DNA of 28,914 nucleotides from Deferribacterales bacterium (GTDB taxonomy: Bacteria; Chrysiogenota; Deferribacteres; Deferribacterales; Geovibrionaceae). Below are positions 1 through 7,825 of the stretch, in pieces. Under the pieces are notes generated by a model, which was given only the letters and a program-made list of their open reading frames with translations, did not search any database and had not been told where the DNA came from. Position 1 is the stretch's first letter. Each line of letters begins with the position of its first letter. The position numbers were made by a program, and so were the translations under genes. The stretch covers positions 1-28,914 of the forward strand of contig JBFWJG010000035.1 in assembly GCA_050253335.1 (NCBI GenBank), given 5' to 3'.

Positions 1-1
1 C

Positions 2-352
2 GTAGAGGCGAAGACAGTTGCCTCCGTCTTCTACATCAGGCTGAAAAAACGGATGCGCCTTCAGGCTGATCCCACAATAATTTACGGTAAATACGCCGAG
101 TTTGACGGAAATATCCGCAAGGAAGATATCAGAGACGGAGAAAACCCCTACAACACATATATGATAAGGGGGCTCCCCCCTACCCCCATCTCCAATCCCG
201 ACAGACAGTCGCTGGAAGCGGCCGCCTACCCTGCCGACACGGACTATCTTTTCTTTGTGGCAAAACAGGACGGAACCCATGTTTTCACAAAAACATACGA
301 TGAACACCGCAGGCAGGTTTATCTTCATCAGATAAGACGGGAGCAGAAATGA
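2..352 (+). CDS. mltG: Endolytic transglycosylase MltG (YceG family), C-terminal part; 5' end lies outside the window
   Basis: The frame is open from position 2 (VEAKTVASVFYIRLKKRMRLQADPT...). It has the YceG motifs LQADPT, PYNTY..GLPPTPISNP, YLFFVAK.DG.H.F..TY.EH. Confidence 0.93.
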   Translation, partial: VEAKTVASVFYIRLKKRMRLQADPTIIYGKYAEFDGNIRKEDIRDGENPYNTYMIRGLPPTPISNPDRQSLEAAAYPADTDYLFFVAKQDGTHVFTKTYDEHRRQVYLHQIRREQK

Positions 353-1263
353 GAACAGCAGCCATAGATATAGGCTCAAACGCAGTAAGGCTTATTATAG
401 CGGACATCCGCCACGGTGTTCTCACGGAGATAGTCCACACTGACAGAGTGATAACCAGACTGGGGAACGGTCTTAAAAACACAGGAAGAATCTCTGAGGA
501 ATCTGTCCTGAAAACACTGATAGCCCTGCAGAAGTTTATAAAAGCCGCCGAAGAGCACAAAGCGGAAAAGATAGCCGCAGTCGCTACCAGCGCGGTGCGT
601 GAGTGCTCCAACAGGGATGACCTGCTCATACCCGCCCGTGAAATAGGCGTCAGTATAAGCGTTATAGACGGCGAAACCGAGGCCGCCCTTGAGCTGGCGG
701 GTGTTCAGTCCGGTATTGAGACAGGCGGCCGCAGAACCCTGATTTTCGATATAGGCGGCGGCTCCACGGAATTTATCTATACAGAGCCGAATGTGCCCTC
801 CAAAGTGATGAGCATACCCCTAGGCGTTGTGAAAATGGCTGATTCCTATAACTTCCGTGAAGTCTGCATAGAAGAGCACATGGACAGGATACGCATACCT
901 CTCTTTACAATTCTTAACGATGTAAGAAAAGAGATGGGCTTTCAGCCGGAACTCCTTATCGGCAGTGCGGGAACACCCACAACCCTTGCCGCGGTTGACC
1001 TTGAGATGAAAGAGTACGACTGGAAAAAAATTAACGGTTACCCCTTGAAAAAATCGAGGATAGAACAAATATTCACTAAGTTATGTTCGCTCACGGCGGA
1101 AGAAAGGCTTCTTCTGCCCGGAATGGAAAAAGGACGGGAGGATCTTCTTATCCCCGGAACCCTTATCACTCTGGAGCTTATGAGCATGACGGGAGCGGAA
1201 ACTCTCACTGTTTCCGACTTTGGTTTAAGGGAGGGTCTTGCCGTTGCAGCCGCAAACAATTAG
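349..1263 (+). CDS. ppx: Ppx/GppA family phosphatase (short form, no C-terminal HD domain)
   Basis: Motifs AAIDIGSNAVRL, VATSAVRE, DIGGGSTE, GLREG. 304 aa. ATGA overlap with mltG. Confidence 0.92.
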   Translation: MRTAAIDIGSNAVRLIIADIRHGVLTEIVHTDRVITRLGNGLKNTGRISEESVLKTLIALQKFIKAAEEHKAEKIAAVATSAVRECSNRDDLLIPAREIGVSISVIDGETEAALELAGVQSGIETGGRRTLIFDIGGGSTEFIYTEPNVPSKVMSIPLGVVKMADSYNFREVCIEEHMDRIRIPLFTILNDVRKEMGFQPELLIGSAGTPTTLAAVDLEMKEYDWKKINGYPLKKSRIEQIFTKLCSLTAEERLLLPGMEKGREDLLIPGTLITLELMSMTGAETLTVSDFGLREGLAVAAANN

Positions 1264-2761
1264 CCTTATTGTCACACCTTTTGTTACCGGCCTTGTGGGT
1301 TATGTAACAAACTGGCTGGCAATCAAGATGCTCTTCCGCCCCCACAGGCGGAGGTGGTATTCCTTCGGCTGGATAGGCGTGATACCCCGCAACCGCTCCA
1401 AGCTTGCCTCTAAAATCGGCATTATGGTGGGCGAAAAGCTCATAGGCGAGGAGGAGATAGCCAAGGCTGTCAAATCCGGGAATGTTCAGAACGCCATTTC
1501 CGCCACAATAGAAAATGAGCTTGAGAAATTCCTCAAAACCGACCACGGAAGCATAGGCGACATCCTCGAAAAAATCGGTCTGCATGAAGAAACAGTGATA
1601 AAAAAACTCACTGAGCTTCTGGCGGATGAAGCGACACTGAACAGCCTCAGCGAGGCTCTTTCTTCCATATCCGCCCCCATGCTTGAGCGTCTGGCAGATA
1701 CGGAAATAAGCAGTCTTCTCCCGGACGGCGGACTTGAGCCTGTCCTCAAAAAAGTGTTCACCGAGGGCAAATGGCAGCCCGCGGTCATAAACGAACTCTC
1801 CAACAGGCTGAACAATCTTGTTCTCTCCGGAAAATCCTTCGCGGATCTCCTGCCTGACAAGCTGAACGAATCCACAGGCAAAATAGCCGATTTCCTCACA
1901 GACAAGGCACTGGACATTCTTGACAGGCTGTTTGAGGATGCCGAATCCCGCAAAAAGGTTGCCGACAGGCTCACAAGCCTGAAAGACGGCATGTTCGGCG
2001 GAGGCGGGTTTGACCAGCTGAAACTGGGCTTTCTGAATATGTTCCTCAATGAGGACAGCATAAATGACCTTGTGCAGGAGCATCTGCCCAAGCTCATTGG
2101 AGGAATAAAGGGCGACCCTGCCCTGAAGCGCAGAATTTCTGACGGCATAAAAGGGAAAATCGACGATTTTCTCAAAAAGCCGCTCTATGCCCACGCAGGG
2201 AAAATAGGCTTTGAAACCATATACGAAGTAAGAAGCGACTACATCACACGGATTCAGAAATACCTCTCGTCGGAAGGCTTCGCGGAAAGCATCTCAAAAG
2301 CCGCCTGCGGAATGCTCACCGAACGCGGCGCCACCATCGGCTCCGCCGCAAGGATGATAGGCATTGACCTTAAAAACGGGGACACGGCGCAGAACCTCAT
2401 CAAAAAGCTTGCGGGCTCAGGCGTGCTGAAAAACACCCTGCCCCACGCGATATACAAAATACTCAAAGGCATAAGAGCTGCCAACATCTATGATGATATG
2501 CCGAAGAAGTCGTTTCTGGCGGTGAAAACCAAGCTTCTGGAGGAGATAAACATTCTTCTGGAAAAAAACGTGCCCGGCATGGTGCGTGCTGTTGATCTGC
2601 CCGGAATAGTTGAAAATAAAATAAACAAGCTGAACCTTTATGAGGTGGAGGACATTCTCTTTGACTTCATGAAGGATCAGTTCAAATGGATAAACAGACT
2701 GGGCTTTGTGCTCGGATTTCTGTTCGGGCTTGTTCAGGTTGCCGTTATAACCCTGCTCTGA
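1238..2761 (+). CDS. DUF445 (YheB/UPF0754-like) membrane protein
   Basis: N-terminal GYVTNWLAIKMLFRP...GVIPRNR, C-terminal I...GFVLGFLFGLVQ hydrophobic helix, long helical middle. Start is TTG 1238 or 1244, after GGAGG. Confidence 0.88.
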   Translation: MPLQPQTISLIVTPFVTGLVGYVTNWLAIKMLFRPHRRRWYSFGWIGVIPRNRSKLASKIGIMVGEKLIGEEEIAKAVKSGNVQNAISATIENELEKFLKTDHGSIGDILEKIGLHEETVIKKLTELLADEATLNSLSEALSSISAPMLERLADTEISSLLPDGGLEPVLKKVFTEGKWQPAVINELSNRLNNLVLSGKSFADLLPDKLNESTGKIADFLTDKALDILDRLFEDAESRKKVADRLTSLKDGMFGGGGFDQLKLGFLNMFLNEDSINDLVQEHLPKLIGGIKGDPALKRRISDGIKGKIDDFLKKPLYAHAGKIGFETIYEVRSDYITRIQKYLSSEGFAESISKAACGMLTERGATIGSAARMIGIDLKNGDTAQNLIKKLAGSGVLKNTLPHAIYKILKGIRAANIYDDMPKKSFLAVKTKLLEEINILLEKNVPGMVRAVDLPGIVENKINKLNLYEVEDILFDFMKDQFKWINRLGFVLGFLFGLVQVAVITLL

Positions 2762-2866
2762 ACACAGCCATTCATAAGCAGGCTGATTAAAAATTACTTC
2801 TTGCAAAATGACTTACAAATACAATATTCTGGCTACTAATTTATATGTAGTATTTTACGGTGCTCG

Positions 2867-4120
2867 GTGAACGGTTTCAACATTCGGGAAATTATTGAAA
2901 AAGAAAGTGTCATCACTCACTTTCAGCCTATAATCAGCCTCAAGGAAAAGCGGGTTGTGGGTATAGAAGCGCTCAGCAGAGGCATTAAGCCGATCTGCGG
3001 CACAGTGATACCTCCGTCTCTGATGTTTGAATCCGCCAAGCAGAACAACTGCCTAGTGGAGCTGGACAGGCTCTGCCGGAAAAAAGCGCTTCAGAACTTC
3101 CGTGAATTCGCACACAATGAAGACCTTATCCTGTTTTTGAACCTTGACGCATCAATCCTTGACATGATCGAGATAAACGGCAAATCGTGGACAAAATCCT
3201 TCGCGGATGACGCAGGCATTGACTGCAGCATGATAGCTATCGAAATTGTTGAGTCCAGAGTGGAGAAAAATGAGAATCTGGTGCATTTTGTCAATAAGCA
3301 TAAGGATTACGGCTTCTTTGTCACTCTGGATGACTTCGGCGCATACCACTCCAACCTTGACCGAATTGTAAAATCCAAGCCCAACATCATCAAAATTGAC
3401 CGCTCGCTGGTTGCGAACATGAACAACGACTACTACCAGCAGTCCATCGTCCGCTCAATAATCGAGCTTTCCCGCAAAATAGGCTCTCTCACACTTGCTG
3501 AGGGGCTTGAAACTGAAGAAGATATTATAAAATGCTACGAACTCGGCGTTGACCTTTTTCAGGGGTTTTACTTCAGCGAGCCCATGACAGATTTCGACAG
3601 TATAAAGGAATCCTGCAATGATGAGATCGAAAAAATCTCAAAAAGCATAAAAGTGCACCTGAACGGCATAATAACCAGAAAACAGCAGCAGCATAAACAT
3701 TTTGAGACAATACTGGACAGGCTGGTGGACGAGATCAGATCCTCCGGTTCCGCAGGAACAGATTTCCTTCAGGAAGTTGTGGACAGGCACGAAGAAATAG
3801 AGAAAATATGCATTCTGGACAATGAAGGCATCCAGACCGCCCAGGCAGTGAGCAGAAACTGCGTTTCCAAAAACGGCTTTCACAGGCTTTACTGGCCGAG
3901 CACGGAAAATATGGATCATTCCCTGAAAGATTACTATTATTTTCTGATGCGTCTTGATATAAAAAAGTTTTACACAGATCCGTTCATGTCCATCCTCTCC
4001 GGCAGGCTGTGCAGAACAATGTCCTCCAGATACCTCAGAAGCGGAAAAGAAGAGGTTGTCTGCATCGACTTTGTGGAAACAGGAACAAACATGAGCATTA
4101 ACAGAAGCATTTCGCTGTGA
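2867..4120 (+). CDS. EAL-domain c-di-GMP phosphodiesterase with C-terminal YkuI_C/Cache-like sensor domain (paralog 1)
   Basis: FQPI, EALSR, FLNL, IEIVE, LDDFG, IKIDR, AEGLE, QGFYF. C-terminal DHSLKDYYY...YTDPFMS..SGRLCRT...VCIDF. GTG start. Confidence 0.9.
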   Translation: MNGFNIREIIEKESVITHFQPIISLKEKRVVGIEALSRGIKPICGTVIPPSLMFESAKQNNCLVELDRLCRKKALQNFREFAHNEDLILFLNLDASILDMIEINGKSWTKSFADDAGIDCSMIAIEIVESRVEKNENLVHFVNKHKDYGFFVTLDDFGAYHSNLDRIVKSKPNIIKIDRSLVANMNNDYYQQSIVRSIIELSRKIGSLTLAEGLETEEDIIKCYELGVDLFQGFYFSEPMTDFDSIKESCNDEIEKISKSIKVHLNGIITRKQQQHKHFETILDRLVDEIRSSGSAGTDFLQEVVDRHEEIEKICILDNEGIQTAQAVSRNCVSKNGFHRLYWPSTENMDHSLKDYYYFLMRLDIKKFYTDPFMSILSGRLCRTMSSRYLRSGKEEVVCIDFVETGTNMSINRSISL

Positions 4121-4135
4121 AAGTGGTGAGTCATT

Positions 4136-5368
4136 TTGAACTTTGATATAAAAGCAATAATTGAAAAAGAATCCGTAATAACGGCCTTTCAGCCCATTGT
4201 AAGCCTCAAGAGGAAAAAGATTGTCGGCCTTGAGGCTCTCTCAAGAGGATGCGGCACTGAAAACGGCAGTATTATTTCCCCTAACCTTCTCTTTGCGGCG
4301 GCGGACGAAGCTGACGCAACAATCGAGCTGGACAGGCTCTGCCGCAGAACAGCCATAAAAAACTTCAGAAAGATCAAAAACCACAGAGACATGGTATTGT
4401 TTGTAAACCTGAACACCTCCGTTCTGAATCAGGACGGCGAGCTCCAGATGCGCACCAAGCAGTACGCCGATCAGGAAGGCGTAAATTACGGCAACATAGC
4501 CATGGAGATCGTCGAATCCGCTGTTGAAAACAACGCCAAGCTCATAGAGGTTATAGAGAAATACCGTGAACTGGGTTTTTTCGTCGCTCTGGACGACTTC
4601 GGCGCGCTCCACTCAAACCTTAACAGGCTTGTCATAACCAAGCCGGATATAATCAAGATCGACCGCTGCCTTGTGAACAATGTCAGCAAGAGCTATTATC
4701 AGCGTTCAATTATAAAATCGATAATCGAACTTTCCAAAACAATAGGCTCCCTTACACTGGCGGAAGGGCTTGAGGAGGAAGAGGATATCTTCACCTGCTA
4801 TGAAATGGGGATAGACCTCTATCAGGGTTTTTACTTCGCAATGCCCGGGGCTTTTGATGAAATTGCCATGGAAAACTGCCTCAACAGGGTTCTCAACTGC
4901 GCCAATAAGATAAAGAGAAACATAGAAACATCCATCCACGAAAACAAAGAAAAACATAAGGAAAACCAGAAGATTATAGAAGAGGTTGAGCGCAGGCTGA
5001 ACAACCTTTCCATCAAAGACTTTTTTCAGGAATTTCAGGAAACGGCAAACGGAAACGACTCTGTTCAGTGCATCTACCTGCTTGACTCAAACGGCACGCA
5101 GATCGGCCCCACAATCTGCGGATGCGGGAAGAAGTCACTCAAACAGAACCACTTTTTCAGACCGGCCGAGGAACTGGACGATCATTCGTTAAAGGATTAC
5201 TATTATTATATAAGCCATCTCGGACTGGAGAGGTTCTACACCAACCCTTATATATCCCTCGCCTCAGGACAGCTCTGCCGCACGGCATCATTCCGTACTC
5301 ATGCCGGAGCGAAAAACTACATTGTCTGCATAGACTTCATCGAACAGAAGCTGGACAGCCAGACCTAA
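4136..5368 (+). CDS. EAL-domain c-di-GMP phosphodiesterase with C-terminal YkuI_C/Cache-like sensor domain (paralog 2)
   Basis: Same motif set as the upstream gene (EALSR, FVNL, MEIVE, LDDFG, IKIDR, AEGLE, QGFYF, DHSLKDYYY, SGQLCRT, VCIDF). TTG start aligns with the paralog's N-terminus. Confidence 0.9.
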   Translation: MNFDIKAIIEKESVITAFQPIVSLKRKKIVGLEALSRGCGTENGSIISPNLLFAAADEADATIELDRLCRRTAIKNFRKIKNHRDMVLFVNLNTSVLNQDGELQMRTKQYADQEGVNYGNIAMEIVESAVENNAKLIEVIEKYRELGFFVALDDFGALHSNLNRLVITKPDIIKIDRCLVNNVSKSYYQRSIIKSIIELSKTIGSLTLAEGLEEEEDIFTCYEMGIDLYQGFYFAMPGAFDEIAMENCLNRVLNCANKIKRNIETSIHENKEKHKENQKIIEEVERRLNNLSIKDFFQEFQETANGNDSVQCIYLLDSNGTQIGPTICGCGKKSLKQNHFFRPAEELDDHSLKDYYYYISHLGLERFYTNPYISLASGQLCRTASFRTHAGAKNYIVCIDFIEQKLDSQT

Positions 5369-6774
5369 AGCACAGGCCCGAGAGTGCGGCACACGCCCTC
5401 AAAAACCCGCACAGCAAACGGACGGCTTCTCACTGCCTTGAGCTCCACCTCTTCCGAATGGCTCAGATAATAGCTCACCAGCTTCCCCGCGTCCTCCGCA
5501 AAGGCTCCCGAATAAGCCACTATGTTAAGCTCAAAATTTATCTTAAAGCTCCTGCCGTCCATATTGGCAGACCCGGCGATAACAAAATAATCATCAATAA
5601 CAACAAGCTTGGCGTGGAGCATTATGTCTTTTGTCTCATGTATCCTCACGCCGTTTTCGATCAGCTCCTCGTAATATGAGCGTCCCGCGGCGGCGGCAAG
5701 GGGCTGATTGTTCTTTCCGGGCAGAATAATGGTTACGTCTATCCCCTGCCTGCTTATATTTTTCAGTGTTTCTATCACAGGCTGGTCGGGAACCAGATAG
5801 GGAGTAACAATCACAACTGATTTTCTCGCCCTGTTCAGCGTGCTGAAAAGGGTGCTGTATATCAGCGGACGTGGCATATGCGGACCGGAGGGCACAACCT
5901 GAACCGTGGTGTCTCCGCCGCGCTCCACCTGCGCGCTTTTAATAAGCTCCTCAATGTTTTCGCCTGTGGCAAAAAGCCAGTCCTCGGCGAAAACCTCCTC
6001 AACAGGGTAAACCGCATCCCCCCCGAAGGAGAGGTGAGCGTCAAACCATTTCCTGTTGCCGAAAAGGCCGCCGACATATTCACTGCCTATGTTCATCCCG
6101 CCGGTGTAGCAGACCCTGCCGTCAATTATTGCTATCTTGCGGTGATTTCGGAAATTCACTCTCGAAACAGTTTTAAGCCCGAACGGAGGATGAAAAACAG
6201 CTATCTTCACCCTGCTTTTTCTCAGCCTTCTGTATGTTCCGCTCAGTGTAAACAGAAAAGAGCCGAAACCGTCCACAAGGAGATAAACCTTCACGCCCCT
6301 CTCAGCGGTTTCAATGAGCAGATCCGTAAAGAACTTCCCCGCAAAATCGTTCTTGAAGACATAGTACTCCATGAGAACATACTTTTCAGCAGAGCCGATA
6401 TCCTCGGCAAGGAGGGAATATTTCTCTCCTCCGCCTATTATGAGCCTGAGATTGCTGCACATATGCGGAGCGACGCCGGTTATCTTCTCCACAAGAGCGC
6501 CGAGACCGCTCTTGTCAAACTCTTCATCATGCTTAACATATTTTTTGAGATCAATGGACTGATAAGACTTGAACTTTTTCTCAAGCATACGCTTGAGCCT
6601 CGGGTTACCGAGAAGGATATACATAACAGCGCCGACAAAAGGGAACAGAACAACGACCATGAGCCAAGAGAAGTTCGCCCTCGCCTCCCTCCGGCCGGAG
6701 AGGATCACAAGGACAAGTATAAGCGACACTATTTCACCCAGATGCTGAAAAAACAGATCCAAATAAGCCGTCAT
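5365..6774 (-). CDS. cls: Cardiolipin synthase (phospholipase D family)
   Basis: Two N-terminal TM helices (PLDc_N-like W..V....P.VG...Y.LLG) and two HKD motifs (RNHRKIAIIDG, LHAKLVVIDD...GSANMD.RSF..NFE). Confidence 0.93.
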   Translation of the reverse strand: MTAYLDLFFQHLGEIVSLILVLVILSGRREARANFSWLMVVVLFPFVGAVMYILLGNPRLKRMLEKKFKSYQSIDLKKYVKHDEEFDKSGLGALVEKITGVAPHMCSNLRLIIGGGEKYSLLAEDIGSAEKYVLMEYYVFKNDFAGKFFTDLLIETAERGVKVYLLVDGFGSFLFTLSGTYRRLRKSRVKIAVFHPPFGLKTVSRVNFRNHRKIAIIDGRVCYTGGMNIGSEYVGGLFGNRKWFDAHLSFGGDAVYPVEEVFAEDWLFATGENIEELIKSAQVERGGDTTVQVVPSGPHMPRPLIYSTLFSTLNRARKSVVIVTPYLVPDQPVIETLKNISRQGIDVTIILPGKNNQPLAAAAGRSYYEELIENGVRIHETKDIMLHAKLVVIDDYFVIAGSANMDGRSFKINFELNIVAYSGAFAEDAGKLVSYYLSHSEEVELKAVRSRPFAVRVFEGVCRTLGPVL

Positions 6775-7679
6775 TTCCCGAATAAAGCTCCCTGACGCAG
6801 TCCCTTTTCACGCATTACACTTTTGAGAAGATTAATAAACTCGTTCTTGGAGATTCCCCACACGGGAGCAATAAGCGTTTCCCCTGCGGCATCACCCATA
6901 AGGCGCGCGATTACGGTTTCCTCCGGCAGAAGAGCGATGCACTCCGCCAGAACATCCGCATATTCACGCACGTCCATAACCCTGATTTTACCCTGTTTAT
7001 AAATATTTTCAAGCTCCGTATCCTTCACAATGTGAAGATGGTGAAACTTCACGGAATGAACCCCGCAGGCAGCGGCGAAGCGCACGGTTTCAAGCATGTC
7101 CGCACGGGTGTCGTTCGGCAGTCCGAGGATAATATGCGCGCAGGACTTTATTCCACGAACAGAGGTCTTCCGCACTGCTTCGGCGAAATCCTCCGCCGTG
7201 TGGCCGCGGTTTATGATACGCAGGGTCTCAGGGTTTGAGGACTGGAGCCCGTACTCCACAACCACCTCATAGCGCTTGTTCAGCTCCGCCAGATAGTCAA
7301 GCTTTGCATCATCCACAGTATCGGGGCGGGTTCCTATATGAACAGATACTATGCCGTCATCAATGAGGGCGCTTTCAAGCTTGGTTCCTATCTCATCAAG
7401 AGTGCCGTAAGTGTTTGAGTATGACTGAAAATATATGATATACGCATTGATATTCTTCCGTTTCAGAGCCTCAATGCGCCTCTTCACCTGCTCCGTTATA
7501 TCACCCGCTGACGCGCCGGAGAATGACTCATTATTGCAGTAAATACACCCTGAACGCCCCTTGGTCCCGTCCCTGTTGGGGCATGTGAAGCCCGCATCCA
7601 CAGGCACTTTCCACACCTTCTGCCCGAAACGGCGGCGGAGATAGGTATTCAGATCGAGGTACAGGTTATCGGTCATCAT
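6771..7679 (-). CDS. TIGR01212 family radical SAM protein (YhcC/YtqA-like)
   Basis: GFTCPNRDG....GCIYC (CX11CX2C), YFQSYSNTY, IGTRPD, EYGLQS, INRGH, HIILGLP, KFHHLHIVKDT. Start is uncertain (TTG 7688, ATG 7679 or ATG 7676). Confidence 0.92.
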   Translation of the reverse strand: MMTDNLYLDLNTYLRRRFGQKVWKVPVDAGFTCPNRDGTKGRSGCIYCNNESFSGASAGDITEQVKRRIEALKRKNINAYIIYFQSYSNTYGTLDEIGTKLESALIDDGIVSVHIGTRPDTVDDAKLDYLAELNKRYEVVVEYGLQSSNPETLRIINRGHTAEDFAEAVRKTSVRGIKSCAHIILGLPNDTRADMLETVRFAAACGVHSVKFHHLHIVKDTELENIYKQGKIRVMDVREYADVLAECIALLPEETVIARLMGDAAGETLIAPVWGISKNEFINLLKSVMREKGLRQGALFGK

Positions 7680-7764
7680 TTTTTCCAAATACTAATGTCT
7701 CAAAAGAATTACGTTGCACAATATTTTATTATATACCAATCTCTTACTTTGAAAAGATTTATAA

Positions 7765-7793
7765 TTTACAAATAAACTCAAAAGCTATATACT
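7765..7793 (+). promoter_or_regulatory. Putative sigma70 promoter of fic
   Basis: TTTACA (7765-7770), 17-bp spacer, TATACT (7788-7793). RBS GGAG at 7816-7819. Confidence 0.65.
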
Positions 7794-7813
7794 AATTTAT
7801 ACAAAATTAGTAT
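7789..7813. promoter_or_regulatory. Palindromic operator-like site overlapping the fic -10 box
   Basis: ATACTAATTT-ATACA-AAATTAGTAT: perfect 10-bp arms with a 5-bp spacer. Confidence 0.65.
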
Positions 7814-7825
7814 TTGGAGATAAAA

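Larger units (their letters stand above)
7684..7818. repeat. Perfect 13-bp inverted repeat bounding the radical SAM/fic divergent spacer
   Basis: TCCAAATACTAAT (7684-7696) is the exact reverse complement of ATTAGTATTTGGA (7806-7818). The spacer is 109 bp and AT-rich. Confidence 0.8.

Noticed and set aside
20..55. MltG reads ASVFYIRL where ASVFYNRL is usual
   Set aside because: A single-base difference at the window edge. A natural variant cannot be told from a sequence error, and no function can be inferred.
1205..2194. 329-aa antisense ORF (and the 229-aa ORF at 1486-2175)
   Set aside because: It lies opposite the well-supported DUF445 gene and has no recognisable motifs. Typical shadow ORF caused by codon bias.
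2762..2866. c-di-GMP riboswitch or terminator before the EAL genes
   Set aside because: No GEMM-type motifs. The CAGCC-N11-GGCTG hairpin has only a 5-bp stem and no U-tract.
5878..6795. 305-aa + strand ORF
   Set aside because: Antisense shadow of cls, with no domain features or RBS.
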